From the NCBI RefSeq assembly GCF_006345805.1, contig NC_043014.1, positions 40,362,001 through 40,426,000 of the forward strand: 64,000 bases of DNA. Reading direction: 5' to 3'. The translations under genes were made by a program, and so were the position numbers. Position 1 is the first letter of the stretch; the number at the start of each line of letters is the position of its first letter. The notes beneath the pieces are model-generated. The model worked only from the letters and a program-made list of their open reading frames with translations, searched no databases and was not told where the DNA came from. Below, one piece after another: positions 26,358-38,823 of the stretch. This stretch comes from Octopus sinensis (Eukaryota).

Positions 26358-28290
26358 AGTAATATATAATTTGTTGTGGTATTTCGGCAGATCGGGCCAT
26401 GGCTGTGTTTGCGGCGTCAGCAGCTTGGCGAGCTCTCTTCTGTTGAAGTGTTTTGGCAGATCGGGCCATGGCTGTGTTTGCGGCGTCAGCAGCTTGGCGA
26501 GTTCTCCTCTGCTGTTGGGTTTCGACAGATCGTGTCCCGGCGGTGCTAGCGGCGTTAGCCGTATTCCGAATGGCCCTTTGTTCGGGGTTCTCGCGAGCTC
26601 TGCGGATGGAAGCACAGGAAGAAGCCCGCATGTTTTGGCTGGACTGTTGCTCTTTCATCAACCTCGAGCGGAAGGAAGATCTGTACGCTGCGGCCCTTGC
26701 AAGTCGGGTAGAACGGTCGTTAGTAGTTTCAGATGCCTGAGCAGCGGCAGAACGGGAAGCTTTTTGCGAGAGGCGCAAGGCGGTTTCCTCGTGGGTCTCG
26801 CATGCCCTTCTAGCCCTAGCAGCCGATGCCTTGGCCGTCCGAGGGCTGAGGAGGGTCCTTCTCTTCTTGGGTGGCATTTTGGTGGATAGCAATGTGTTTG
26901 GCAAAGGTGTAATAAAAAGGAACACGTGGGGTAAGTATCCCAAAATGTATAAAAATGTACAAAAACGGAAAGAAAGCGGGCAGCAATGTGAGTGACAACA
27001 ACGAAAAAGCGAAAAGTGACCAAACTGAACAAACGAATGGAAAAGTTTTTTTGGTGCACACGACAAAAGCGGCTTATAATAAACCAAGAGTTTGCAAGTA
27101 GCGTCCGAGGGCCCTTAGGGTACGTCAAAAATGTAAGGTAAAACGTTTGGGGTGGTAGTTATAAAGAAAGTTTAAACAAAAAAAGTATTCGAATAACTTG
27201 CGGCTGCAGCAGCGATTAGCAGAAGTAGGCCAACGTGTGAAGCGAGCGGGTGTGAACCGAGAGAAGTGGGAGTCACAAACTATACGCGCACAACTGAGTG
27301 TGTCAGTGCATGTGATTGGCCAAAGAGTGTTTAATTGAGAGCATTGTTCACCGTTTGGGGAGTCAATGGGAAGAGCTGCAATCATCGTGTCAAGGACACG
27401 CGCGTACGTGCGCACACAACCGCAAACGCATCTACAGCCCATCATTGCTCGGATTTGAAGCAAAAGGAAAACATATGCCATTTCTAGTAACCTTTATGAT
27501 AAAAGCGGCAAAAATCGACTAAATCGCCTGAAATCCGCCAACTATTTAACAAAAGTTAGTTTTGTAGGGTTCGTATGGTTGGTCTCAAAGTGATATGGTT
27601 TTGTCGATTTCTCCCAATACTTGTTAACTGCATTGACAAAAGGTCGTTAGTTTGACATTTAATGCAAACTTGATGTCCAACATCGGTGTTGCGAAAATCT
27701 ATGTGAACTTTCAAAAAATATCGCAGAAAAATCGGTTTGCTATGTGTGCCACATATGATGTAATTAACCGATTTTTTCCCCAGTAATAACGTATCCTATT
27801 GGAATCAAAAGGGCCATATAGCTCCTTGGAGCGGACATGATGCTCGCTGTGAATTTCAAAAAAATTCCTGCCAATTTGTTAAAGATATTGTTGAAAATAT
27901 GTCATCTTGAATTTGAACGCGATTTCCCAAAATGGCATGATTTTATCGATTTTTTCTGATTTTTTCTGATTAGTTTTCCATTGCATGGAAAACTAATGTC
28001 AGAATTAAGTTCCTTAGGGTAACATTAAGCTTCACCATGAGTTTGGTGAAAATCGATTGCAAGTTGCGAAAACTACAACGGAAAACGTGTTGCATATGAT
28101 AAGCTTAGATTCTCGACCCCATGTCGAATTTATCGATTTTTTTCAGAACTGGGGGAACTTTTCAAAATTTTCGCTGCGTTAGTTTTGAATTATGACATTG
28201 GGCTATGTGTGTGTCAAGTTTCATCAGAATCGGTTGAAAGCCGTGGTAAGGGTGAGGGTACAACCTGAGACACACAGACAGACAAACTGC

Positions 28291-28320
<30 letters not shown>
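26358..28320 (-). mobile_element. Helitron 5' portion with the N-terminus of a RepHel-like ORF (ATG at 26877)
   Basis: Minus-strand 5' end (TA)nAAAAGGCAGTTTGTCTGTCTG; MPPKKRRTLLSPRTAKAS...ETHEETALRL...ENPEQRAIR...ETQQQRRTRQ repeats resemble RepHel N-termini; truncated at a second Helitron 5' end (TCTATATTAATAAAAG at 26357). Confidence 0.7.
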
Positions 28321-28321
<1 letters not shown>

Positions 28322-29143
28322 GAATGAGTGTCTGAGTGCGTGTGTATGTATATGTGTATGTATGCATGTATAGGTATCTATGCATGTATGAGTACGTATG
28401 TGTGTGTATAACGTATGTATGTTTGTATGTACGCATGCATGAGTATGTACGTGCATACAAAAACGAGTCATATTGGGCGAGATTTTAGCTCCTAATTCTA
28501 ACAACTTTCTACCATCTTTGAATCTCCCGGGAAGGCCATTTGTGTATACGAAGATAAGAGAATATGATGCAATTTGGGTGAATGGGGGGCTACGTAATTT
28601 GTTTCGTGCAGACATAACCAGATAAAAATAGGTCACGATTGGAGGAAGTCTGAGTTACTATTCCTATCGTATCTAAATCAAATGTAGACATGGCAGTTTA
28701 ATGTAGATACATAATAAGGCTTGCGTGTGCATGTGTGCGTGTGTGTGTGCGTGTAAACATCCCCAGACACTCACCCACCCCGTCCGCAACCCACCCAGAA
28801 TACACACGTGCTTACACGCGCCTACGCACACATAAGAAAGAGAAAGCGCGCCTGGAGTGTGTGTTATAGAGCAGAAATGAGAAAGACAAAGAGAGGGTAA
28901 ACGAGAGACAGAGAGAGAGAGAGAGAGATAATGATTCAAGAAGACCCACAGATACACACTACATATACAAGTATAGATATAAATAAATACGCACGTACAC
29001 ACTTGAAAAGCTGCTGGAACATTTCAATAGCAACGAACTTAATATTTTATAAAAATACTCACCATTAACGCTGTACTTAGTTGATATACGTATGAGTCTA
29101 TGTTACGGTAGCCATTATTTGATATTCATAATTTTTATTGTTA

Positions 29144-29471
29144 CTAGCAGTATCGCCCGGCGTTGATCGGGTTTGTTTCTACCCTTTAGAATTGGAATTT
29201 TTGAAAAGTAAAAATTTTGCATTATGTAGCTTGTTATTCTCTTTATGTGAACCTTTTCCCGGTTGAAATACACCGAATTATGGCGACACAGCAGTCAAAA
29301 AATCGTAAAAAATAGGGATTTTCATAGAAAAAAAAAGCACCTTTTTGATGTAAATAATTTTTGGTCTTAACATGGTCCGATTTGAATTTTTTCTTCTACG
29401 GAATGAAGAGCAAGCCTTCTATCATAGTTTCAATTTTGGTCAACCTGCGCCGCAGGGTCTCTATATATAGA
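29144..29471 (-). mobile_element. Non-autonomous Helitron with the same 3' terminus but a different body
   Basis: Minus strand A|TCTATATATAGAG...CCGATCAACGCCGGGCGATACTGCTAG|T. Confidence 0.75.
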
Positions 29472-30625
29472 TTTAATTTACGATGATTTTTTTTCTGTGA
29501 GAATGTATAGAGAGGAAAGGATTATATGTTCCTTGTTAGAATGCCAAGGTTTTCTGTTCTGAAATTGCATGGTTATACTTTCATAAGATTGCAGTAACAC
29601 TGTTGTATACCTTGTAACTTTCTTTTGAGGGTGTATTTCAGAACTCAAATGAGCATGAATAATTCCATCTCCACCAAAAAGCCAAAAAAAATAACAAAAC
29701 AAGGTGAAGATGACTGATTTCGCACTAGTGTTCCGATGTTTGGGTGAGTCCCCCGAAGCGCATTTTCCCTGCCTCTAATCATCGTGGAAAGTTTCAAAGA
29801 GATTGAAATTTTCTGAAATAAAATCTTCAGATAATCGTCACTGATGTTATGACGTCATAAACGCAGTATGGAAAAACTTAAACTTCTTTCGTTTTTGTAT
29901 TTGGTTTACAAGATTCTTTATGTGAATTCGTGTGTTGAAACATATTTTATTGTGTCTAGGGAGAGTCATTCTCTTTTAGTGCCTTATTAATTTAACACAC
30001 TCACTGGTCTGATTTCCACTCATTTACCTATTCTTTTACTCTTTTGTTTCAGTCATTTGAATGTGGCCATGCTGGAGCACTGCATGCATGTATATATGTA
30101 TGTGTGTGTATATGTTTGCGTGTCTGTGTTTGTTCCCCCAAACATTGCTTGGCAACCGATGCCGGTGTGTTTACGTCACCGTAACTTAACGGTTCGGCAA
30201 AAGAAACCGATACAATAAGTACTAGACTTACAAAGAATAAGTCCTGGGGTCGATTTGCTCGACTAAAGGCAGTGCTCCAGCATGGCCACAGTCAAATGAC
30301 TGAAACAAGTAAAAGAGTATCAGTCAAAGAGTGACGTAGTTTAAACCCCTGTTGGCCTTGTGACAATATAGGAAATAATTAAATCTTTTATGGAATACCT
30401 CGAAGCACACACACATAAAGCTATAAATAATAGCACGAAAATGGTGGGTTGAAAAACCCTGTTGGATAGGAAAAAGTCAAAGACCTGCCCTTGAGGGGAC
30501 ACGAACTCACAGCTAGTGAAATTCTCTTTGATTCTGGTTTGTCTTTAGCGTACACAACGCACACATACGTATATATTCATATCTACACACACACACGCAC
30601 ACGCACACACACACAGAGGAGGAGG

Positions 30626-30962
30626 AGACCCCCTTCGGTCATGAATGACCATGGGATTGCTCCTAGAAAGTTACCCTCCGAGGCACAAGTCCGCGCAAGG
30701 TTGTTTGTGGAAGGCTAACACAGTCACCCATGCATACCAGCCTCCCTCTCTCCACACCATTGATGTTATCCAAGGGAAAGGCAAAGGGGCCGATACAACT
30801 TGGCACCAGTGATGTCACAACTCATTTCTACAGCTGAGTTAACTGGAGCAACATGAAATAAAGTGTCTTGCTCAAGAACACAACACACAGCCCGGTCCGA
30901 GAATCGAACTCACAACCTCACGATCGTAAGCTCGACGCTCTAACCACTGAGCCATGCACCTT

Positions 30963-30963
<1 letters not shown>
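30626..30963 (-). mobile_element. tRNA-derived SINE family D
   Basis: Minus strand gtgaaggtgcatggctcagtggttagagc...gagttcgattc...cttgagcaagacacttt; related heads at ~12314 and ~50783 have other tails. Confidence 0.85.
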
Positions 30964-30996
<33 letters not shown>

Positions 30997-32494
30997 CATA
31001 TATTTGAAGAGGCTGTGTTAATTATCATTCACGTTCTTTGCACTAGCGTAGCTGGTGGGGGAGGTCCGCCCCGGACTCCACTTTTAAAGGGGAACCACTT
31101 CTGGGTCTGCTTTAGGCAATATATATTTTTGTGGGATCCAGGGACAGCAAACGGAATGGCCGCCTCAGGTTCGCACACACTCTAGCTATGCTAGTGGTTC
31201 TTCGTCAGGATGTTGGCTAAATTTTAAACGTTTGAAAGTACAATGTTGAGGTACAATATACCAAAATTAAAAGAAAGTAGAAAAAAAATTCGACTTGGTG
31301 AGTGTTGAACACGAGATGTAAAATAACGTTTCAAAAATTACACAATGCATTTTCCGAGAGCTCAGCTAAATTTTTCTTGATTTTCACCACCAAAGAAAGC
31401 CAGTAAGAATAGGAAGGAAATTTTAACTTTGGCAAGTTTTAAACCCAAGATGTAAAATAACGTTTCAAAATAACACGATGCATTTTTCCAGAGATTTACC
31501 AATTCTCCTTGCAGAGAACAAGAGTAATGACAGTTGTTTCTGACACAAGTACAAGGTCAGAAGTTTGGGGTATGAAGGTACAGTATACAATGACATGGCA
31601 ATTTGTCCACACCCTTTTCAGTGCTCACAGCCCACCAACTCCCTAAGGTTAACTGCTTTAAAGAATGTCAGATGAGTTTTGAATTCACTGTTTACTCTAG
31701 GTCAGACTTAACCAATGATTTCAATTGCAACTTGGATGCTCTTTCTCTAACATTGCAGACTTTTCGGTCGCCAGTTTTCGGAAATAGGAAGCAACCTCTT
31801 AGCAAAATTGGTGACACCTACTTCAACACAATTCACTCTAGTAGTTGCAACAAAATGAAAACTACGACATAATTCTCTTAACACAATATACTTTTCTTAA
31901 AAAGTGTAAACAATGAAATAAGAAGCGACAGAACAGCGAGCTAGTGCTAGCCAAATTCATTTCTTTTTGCTTTTAGTTTTTACTGTTTTAGCAACAAACT
32001 ATCATATTGCATACACATTCCGTGATTAAAATGGGTGAAGTACTTTCGTTTTTATTTTGTTTTATCACTTTCCTAACTTTGTCAACAGTTTTGTTTATCG
32101 GTTTTCATCATGTCAGTCGCTTCCTCTTCAAACTGAACGAATTAGTACAAACGAGTAACTTGACTACTCAACCGTAAACTAGGAGCAGAACCTTTTCTTT
32201 CTTTGTGACAGGTAAATTTGAACAAGAAGTGTTACGAACTTTACTGATATACACGTAATAAGACTAATTATATTTGAACTCGTAAACTTTTGGTCATGAA
32301 TTCAATACTGACTTCATTCGAATTCACGATTTTATCTTGTCTACTCTTGTCACAATCTGTGTCACGCTGAATCTCCCTGAGAACTATGTTAAGAGTACAC
32401 GTGTCTGTGGAGTGCTCAGCCACTTGCACGGTAATTTCATGGGACCCCCTCGTCGTCGTAACCGACAGAGTGCTCCTATATATATATATATATG

Positions 32495-32547
<53 letters not shown>

Positions 32548-32841
32548 GTTCATTCTTTCTCGAGCCACGCCTGGCTCATAGGGTCGGTTTCCCGATTTCC
32601 TTGGTGTATAGGTTCCACACCTGGACGGGACGCCGGTCCGTCGCAGGTGAGCTGCAAGAGAAAAGAGTGAGGTAAAGTTGTGGCGAAAGTGTCAGCAGAA
32701 GTTCGCCATTACCTTCCGTCAGAGCCGCGTGGAGCTTAGGCGTTTCGTATATAAACACACACATCGCCCGGTCTGAGATTCGAACCCGCGATCCCTCGAC
32801 CGCGAGTCCGCTGCTCTAACCACTAGGCCATGCGCCTCCAC
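32548..32841 (-). mobile_element. tRNA(Arg)-like SINE family E (OR-like)
   Basis: ggcgcatggcctagtggttagagcagcggactcgcgg...ggttcgaatc head; ctgcgacggaccggcgtcccgtccagg resembles a V-SINE domain (from memory). Confidence 0.8.
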
Positions 32842-33207
32842 ACACACACACACAACACACATACACACACACATATATATAATTTCTATCCTATAATAAC
32901 TAAATTGGGTCACTATATTAAAAAATTTGGCGAGTCATATGAGTCGAACAATGGTGAGAAATTTGATGAATGATACATAAATTCCGAGTGCAAATTGAGA
33001 GAACAATGGGAAGAAGCTTGAAAAAAAACATTCAGACTGAGGTTTCAATTCCCGGTTGAAAATTCAGCATCTGCTCGCTACAAATTCTTCATTTTTCCTA
33101 GCTTTTCAAACTAAACACCAAACACTGACACTCCGTCGGTGACGACGAGGGTTCCAGTTGATCCAATCAACAGAACGTCCCGAGATTCAGTGTGACACAG
33201 AATGTGA

Positions 33208-33625
33208 GGATCTTTTCTGTTTGAACGGCAGTTTTTAGAAAATAATTTCCACGTAACTAAACACTTTTAAACTTCGTATATTGGTAGAATGTGTTTATAA
33301 AACATCTTTTTCTCTTGGCTTTATCGAGAAAATTCTATAGTTTGTAAGATATTTGTTGTTGTTTTTCTTCAGTTTCTGCAATTTCAACCAATCAGTGACG
33401 TCTATTGAGGTAAAGAACATTCTGTGCCGTATGAATATGTCCCTCGTTTAAGAAACAGATTGGGTTTATTTACATTTGTGAAGAAAAAAAGATACTCTTC
33501 GCCCACCCCTAACTCTAACCCTAAAACAGATTGAAATGCAATAGATCGATACTAGGGTTATAATTATGGGTGACAATTTCATATGACACCGCTAGAGAAA
33601 ACTGCCGTTCAAACCGAAAAGATCC
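33208..33625 (+). mobile_element. hAT-type MITE (GGATC family) inserted in a SINE
   Basis: Same TIR; exact 8-bp TSD GAATGTGA. Confidence 0.92.
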
Positions 33626-34837
33626 GAATGTGACAAAGCGGCTCTATGAAATACAAATACAACTAATTTCTGCCAGTTAGGTTGACTGGAACAACATAAA
33701 ATAAAGCGTCTTGCACAAGGACCCAACGTGCTGTCGAGTATTGAACTCTACACTAATAGAATCCATAACACTACAAGCTGACTAGCAAACACATTACACG
33801 AAGTGGATATTAGTAATTTAATTGCTTATGTTTTATCATAATTATATATGATTAACATTCTGCATTCGGCTCTTAAATCTTGAGTTGGTTCTTATTTCAT
33901 CATATCTCATTCCTCTAGACAGCGCCATCTAAGTAGTTGCATTGTAACCCTCTAGACCGTCAAAGTAGCATCGTAAGCCTCTGGACAAAGCACTGCACTC
34001 GACCCTATAGGATTTACTTATTGACAGCAATCCACAGCATAAATACTTCATAATTAGGCCCATGCTTTAAGATGGCACCGCCTCTAGACACAGCGAATTA
34101 GATACCAGTAGCATCCTGGCTTTAATATATTTGACTGTGCAGGTGTCTTTCAATAACTGGCTTTGAGCCTAACCAGAAAGACCTCACTCTTGTATTCTTT
34201 ATTTTTTTTTTTTGGAACTAATGGTTAGATTATACCTCACTAATGAGGTCTAATAACACTGAAACACATCCTTACTTGTCACTATACTACAAAAGAAATC
34301 AAGATTACTCTGTTCAGCATTCCACATTCAATTCATTTTAGTTGCTTCTCCTTTATTTTCTTGACCAGAGTTAGTCATTTAGCCATTTTTGTATTCATCA
34401 GATGAATTGAGATATGACACGCGATTCTTCTTGTCCCTCAACGAATGTAAATGTTTAATGTAACTACTCTTGAATGTGTTTACAGTGAGTCCTGTGTAAT
34501 TCTTCTCAATACCTTTATACATCACAGAGCAGGTTGAAGGGTTTCTGCTGTTGGAACATTAGTTGTTCAGGCAGCTGCTGTTTGGTTGGTGTAAGCACGT
34601 AATATTAATTAAAATTCCTTGGCTTGTTACATGAAGTATGCAAGCGTATCTACCTAAGAATCAAGTACTTGAATTTATTAAATCAATTACAGCTTTTTGC
34701 TTAGCATATACAGCCTTGTATCTATGTTAGAAATAATTATTATTGTTGTTATATTTTCTATGTCTGCATACCTCAGTCTAAATAATTACTACTAACGTCT
34801 AAATAACAACTCTAACATTCGTTGAAAACCATTTCAG

Positions 34838-35025
34838 GTTTGGCTCAGTCTGGCACATGGGGTTGTTTTGATGAATTTAATCGAATCGATTTGCCAGTGT
34901 TGTCAGTGGCTGCACAACAAATTGCAATAGTTCTCACGTGTAAAAAGGAGCGGAAAAACCAATTTGTGTTCACAGATGGAGATGTCATACAGATGAACCC
35001 AGAGTTTGGTATTTTTCTCACGATG
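34838..35025 (+). CDS. DNAH5: Dynein heavy chain exon 6, AAA1 Walker B
   Basis: tttcag|[29 protein letters not shown]...[10 protein letters not shown]|gtaag; phase matches exon 5 across a 21,850-nt intron. Confidence 0.97.
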
Positions 35026-35049
35026 GTAAGAAACAATTTAGATAAATTA

Positions 35050-35560
35050 CCGTAAATCCTCGAGTATAGTCCGCCTTTGAGTATAATGCGCAGGGGATTT
35101 TTAGGGGGCTGTACCTCTGAAAAACCTAAACCTTGTGTATAGTACGCACCCCTTCTCTAACATGAGTCAAGGAGGTCTATATAACGTCCTTGGTTTGTAA
35201 AAAAGTATACGGTAATGTCCTTTATTATTATTGTATATATAACATAATGCAAACGTGTAGCTTTTTTGTGAATTTTGTTTGCAGAAAATAAAGAAATAAC
35301 AGTAATAACGTTTAATAAATGTTGCTTACTGCAAATTATGGATGATTCTTTTATGACTTCATTGCTTTCTGGCTTAGCTTAAGGTATTTTCGCGCCCGTC
35401 ATCACAAAATGCGTCTGAATAAACATTGCCGGACAGCAAATAGAGACTCGGACATTGCTTAGAAAATATTTTTCATTTTTACTTAGTATATAGTACGCAT
35501 TAGGGATTTTGACCGTTAAATTTTGGGAAAAAAATGCGGATTATACTCGAGGATTTACCG
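35050..35560. mobile_element. Tc1/pogo-type MITE
   Basis: TA|CCGTAAATCCTCGAGTATA...TATACTCGAGGATTTACCG|TA; starts 24 nt after the exon 6 donor. Confidence 0.8.
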
Positions 35561-35599
35561 TACCTGTGCTTAGTCTCAAGATGATAAATACTTCTCAAA

Positions 35600-35990
35600 G
35601 ACTTTTTAACTGATCTAGAATGGATATTTAAGGCTGGGAAAGAAAGAGTGGTCAGGCGTCAATGGAAGACGGTTGAAACAAATAGCTTAGTGTGGGTATC
35701 TGCAGATGTGAGAAACTGCTAAGGTGATACTGAGGAAAGATTTGAAAGTATTGAATAGTTTTAGGAAGGGTGGTATGGAAGTAGGATGTCGAGTGAAACA
35801 TAATTTAAATTTGGAGGGAATAGTGAGAAGACATTTCCAGTCTGTAATTTCATGATGAAACACGATATTGTTATAGAAATATTTGATATAATGCTGCGAA
35901 TGAAAAATGGTACTATCATTGATAGATAAAGTAATTGGGTTCTTTGACAATTGAAGATATATACAGTATAATGTACCGCTATCATCTGAA
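35600..35990 (-). mobile_element. Possible decayed LINE RT C-terminal fragment
   Basis: NPITLSINDSTI...IKYFYNNIVFHHEITDWKCLL loosely resembles the KYLG(I/V).FD..L.W block; weak. Confidence 0.3.
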
Positions 35991-36536
35991 GATTTGTTAT
36001 TGTATCATGATGGGCGTGGCATTATATTATCGCTTGTGAAGGCAGAGAGCTGGTATAGTCATTAGCACACCAGGCAAAAATGCTTAGCGGCATTTCGTCC
36101 GTCTTGACGTTCGGGGTTCAAATTTCGCCAAGATTGACTTTGCCTGTCATCCTTTTCGGGATCAACGAAATAAGTATCAGTTGAACTCTGGAATCGAAGT
36201 AATCGACCTGCCCCACCCCCTCCCCCGAGATCGTAGACCTTGTGCCAAAACTTGAAATTATATTATCGCCTGTGGGCGTAACTTCGGTATAGGTACCGGA
36301 AGTACCGGATACATTTCAAGAAAGTGTTTTTTTTTATATATATATGGGGGTTAGAGGGGGGGGGGAGAAAAGGGTTTCTGTTATCTTCAGAAATGTAAAC
36401 AAAGGTACTTACGGTACCTATAGCGAAGGATCGCCCGCTTGTGGATATAACAAAGATATAGAAACACGTGATTTTCTGTCTTAAGGTTGATAGACAAAAA
36501 TTACTTTAATAACATTCTTGATTTTTTTTTTTCCAG

Positions 36537-36731
36537 AATCCAGGCTATGCTGGACGACAAGAATTACCTGAAAACTTAAAGATTAACTTTAGAACTGTTG
36601 CCATGATGGTTCCAGACCGGCAGATTATTATTCGTGTAAAGTTAGCCAGTGCTGGTTTCATAAATAATATTAATTTGGCATGTAAGTTCTTCACGTTATA
36701 TAAGCTGTGCGAAGAACAGCTTACTAAACAG
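36537..36731 (+). CDS. DNAH5: Dynein heavy chain exon 7, AAA1 sensor region (absent from the ORF track)
   Basis: ttccag|[41 protein letters not shown]...[11 protein letters not shown]|gtaaga; 195 nt. Confidence 0.97.
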
Positions 36732-36895
36732 GTAAGATACTGTGTTATATATTTCTCTTAGACTTGTTAATCTCTATAAATATTATATGATTTCGTATAG
36801 ACGATGATACTAGTAAGTAGGTGTTAGAACTTAATATTCATAATCTTTTGAGTATAAAGTTAGACGAGTACGGAGCGTTATATTCTTTCGTGAAA

Positions 36896-37980
36896 AGGCG
36901 GCGAGCTGGCAGAAACGTTAGCACGCTGGGCGAAATGCTTAGCGGTATTTCGTCTGCCGAAGGCGGTGAGCTGGCAGAAACGTTAGCACGCCGGGCGAAA
37001 AGCTTAGCGGTATTTCGTCTGCCGAAGGCGGCGAGCTGGCAGAAATGTTAGCACGCCGGGCGAAATGCTTAGCGGTATTTCGTCTGCCGAAGGCGGCGAG
37101 CTGGCAGAAATGTTAGCACGCCGGGCGAAAAGCTTAGCGGTATTTCGTCTGCCGAAGGCGGCGAGCTGGCAGAAATGTTAGCACGCCGGGCGAAATGCTT
37201 AGCGGTATTTCGTCTGCCGTTACGTTCTGAGTTCAAATTCCGCCGAGGTCAACTTTGCCTTTCATCCTTTCGGGGTCGATTAAACAAGTACCAGTTACGC
37301 ACTGGGGTCGATATAATCGACTTAATCCGTTTGTCTGTCCTTGTTTGTCCCCTCTGTGTTTAGCCCCTTGTGGGTAGTAAAGAAATAGGTATATCGTCTG
37401 CCGAAGGCGGCGAGTTGGCAGAAACGTTAGCACGCCGGGCGAAATGCGTAGCCGTATTTCGTCTGTCGTTACGTTCTGAGTTCAAATTCCGCTGAGGTCG
37501 ACTTTGCCTTTCATCCTTTCGGGGTCGATAAATTAAGTACCAGTTACGCACTGGAGTCGATGTAATCGACTTAATACCTTTGTCCTTGTTTGTCCCCTCT
37601 ATGTGTAGCCCCTTGTGGGTAATAAAGAAATAGGTATTTCGTCTGTCGTTACATTCTGAGTTCAAATTCCGCCGAGGTCGACTTTGCTTTTCATCTTTTC
37701 GGGGTCGATTAAATAAGTACCAGTTATGCACTGGATTCGATATAATCGACTTAATCCGTTTATCTGTCCTTGTTTGTCCTCTATGTGTTTAGCCCCTTGT
37801 GGGTAGTAAAGAAATAGGTATTTCGTCTGCCGCTACGTTCTGAGTTCAGATTCCTCCGAGGTCGACTTTGCTTTTCATCTTTTCGGGGTCGATAAATTAA
37901 GTACCAGTTGTGTACTGGAGTCGATCTAATCGACAGATCCCATCCCCTAAAATTTCGGGCCTTGTGCCTAGAATAGAAAA
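36896..37980 (+). mobile_element. SINE family A tandem array (five 65-bp heads, then about four bodies)
   Basis: Repeated aaggcggcgagctggcagaa...gtatttcgtctgccg; B-box GTTCAAATTCC in the bodies. Other + copies at ~3102, 15045, 18120, 23518, 24320, 24560, 36040, 56830, 62155. Confidence 0.9.
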
Positions 37981-38224
37981 GAATATTCTTTCGTGAATGA
38001 CAAGAGAACAAGGAGTCAAGTAATCACCTTCAAACTATAAGTATAATCGAACATCAATGAAATTATGCCGATTTCAGTATCGTTTCATGTTTGTTGTGAA
38101 TAAATAGAAATATGAATAGGAAAACTGGCTTTAATTTACGTCAATTGGGTATAACAACATCTCTGTTTTGTCTCCTTATAACTTTGAGAGAAATGGCTGT
38201 TATTTAAAAACATTTTCTACAAAT

Positions 38225-38823
38225 ACCTATTTCTTTATTACCCACAGGGGGCTAAATATAGAGGGGACAAACAAGGACAGACATAGATATTAAGTCGATT
38301 ACATCAATTCCAGTGCGTAACTGGTACTTAATTTATCGACCCCGAAAGGATGAAAGGCAAAGTCGACCTCGGCGGAATTTGAACTCACAACGTAACGACA
38401 GACGAAATACCTATTTCTTTATTACCCACAAGGGGCTAAACACAGAGAGGACAAACAAGGACAGACATAGGTATTAAGTCGATTACATCAATTCCAGTGC
38501 GTAACTGGTACTTAATTTATCGACCCAGAAAGTATGAAAGGCAAAGTCGACCTTGGCGGAATTTGAACTCACAACGTAACGACAGACGAAATACCTATTT
38601 CTTTATTACCCACAAGGGGCTAAACACAGAGGGGACAAACAAGGACAGACATAGGTATTAAGTCGATTACATCGACCCCAGTGCGTAACTGGTACTTAAT
38701 TTATCGACCCAGAAAGGATGAAAGGCAAAGTCGACCTCGGCGGAATTTGAACTCAGAACGTAACGGCAGACGAAATACCGCGAAGCATTTCACCCGGCGT
38801 GCTTAACGTTTCTGCCAGCTCGT
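38225..38823 (-). mobile_element. SINE family A trimer, minus strand
   Basis: Three reverse-complement bodies and one head. Other - copies at ~6965-7390, 14058-14290, 25437-25722. Confidence 0.9.

Noticed and set aside
29785-29835. Minus-strand CTGAAGA...GAAAC as another hammerhead
   Set aside because: No convincing stem I or stem II.
32770-32841. tRNA genes at 32770-32841, 30885-30963 and 50452-50525
   Set aside because: A and B boxes are present but there is no proper acceptor stem, and each continues into a SINE body.
36896-37220. Regularly spaced 65-bp repeats (and the 12-bp array at 13095) as a CRISPR array
   Set aside because: No unique spacers, eukaryotic intron, and the repeats are SINE heads or a minisatellite.
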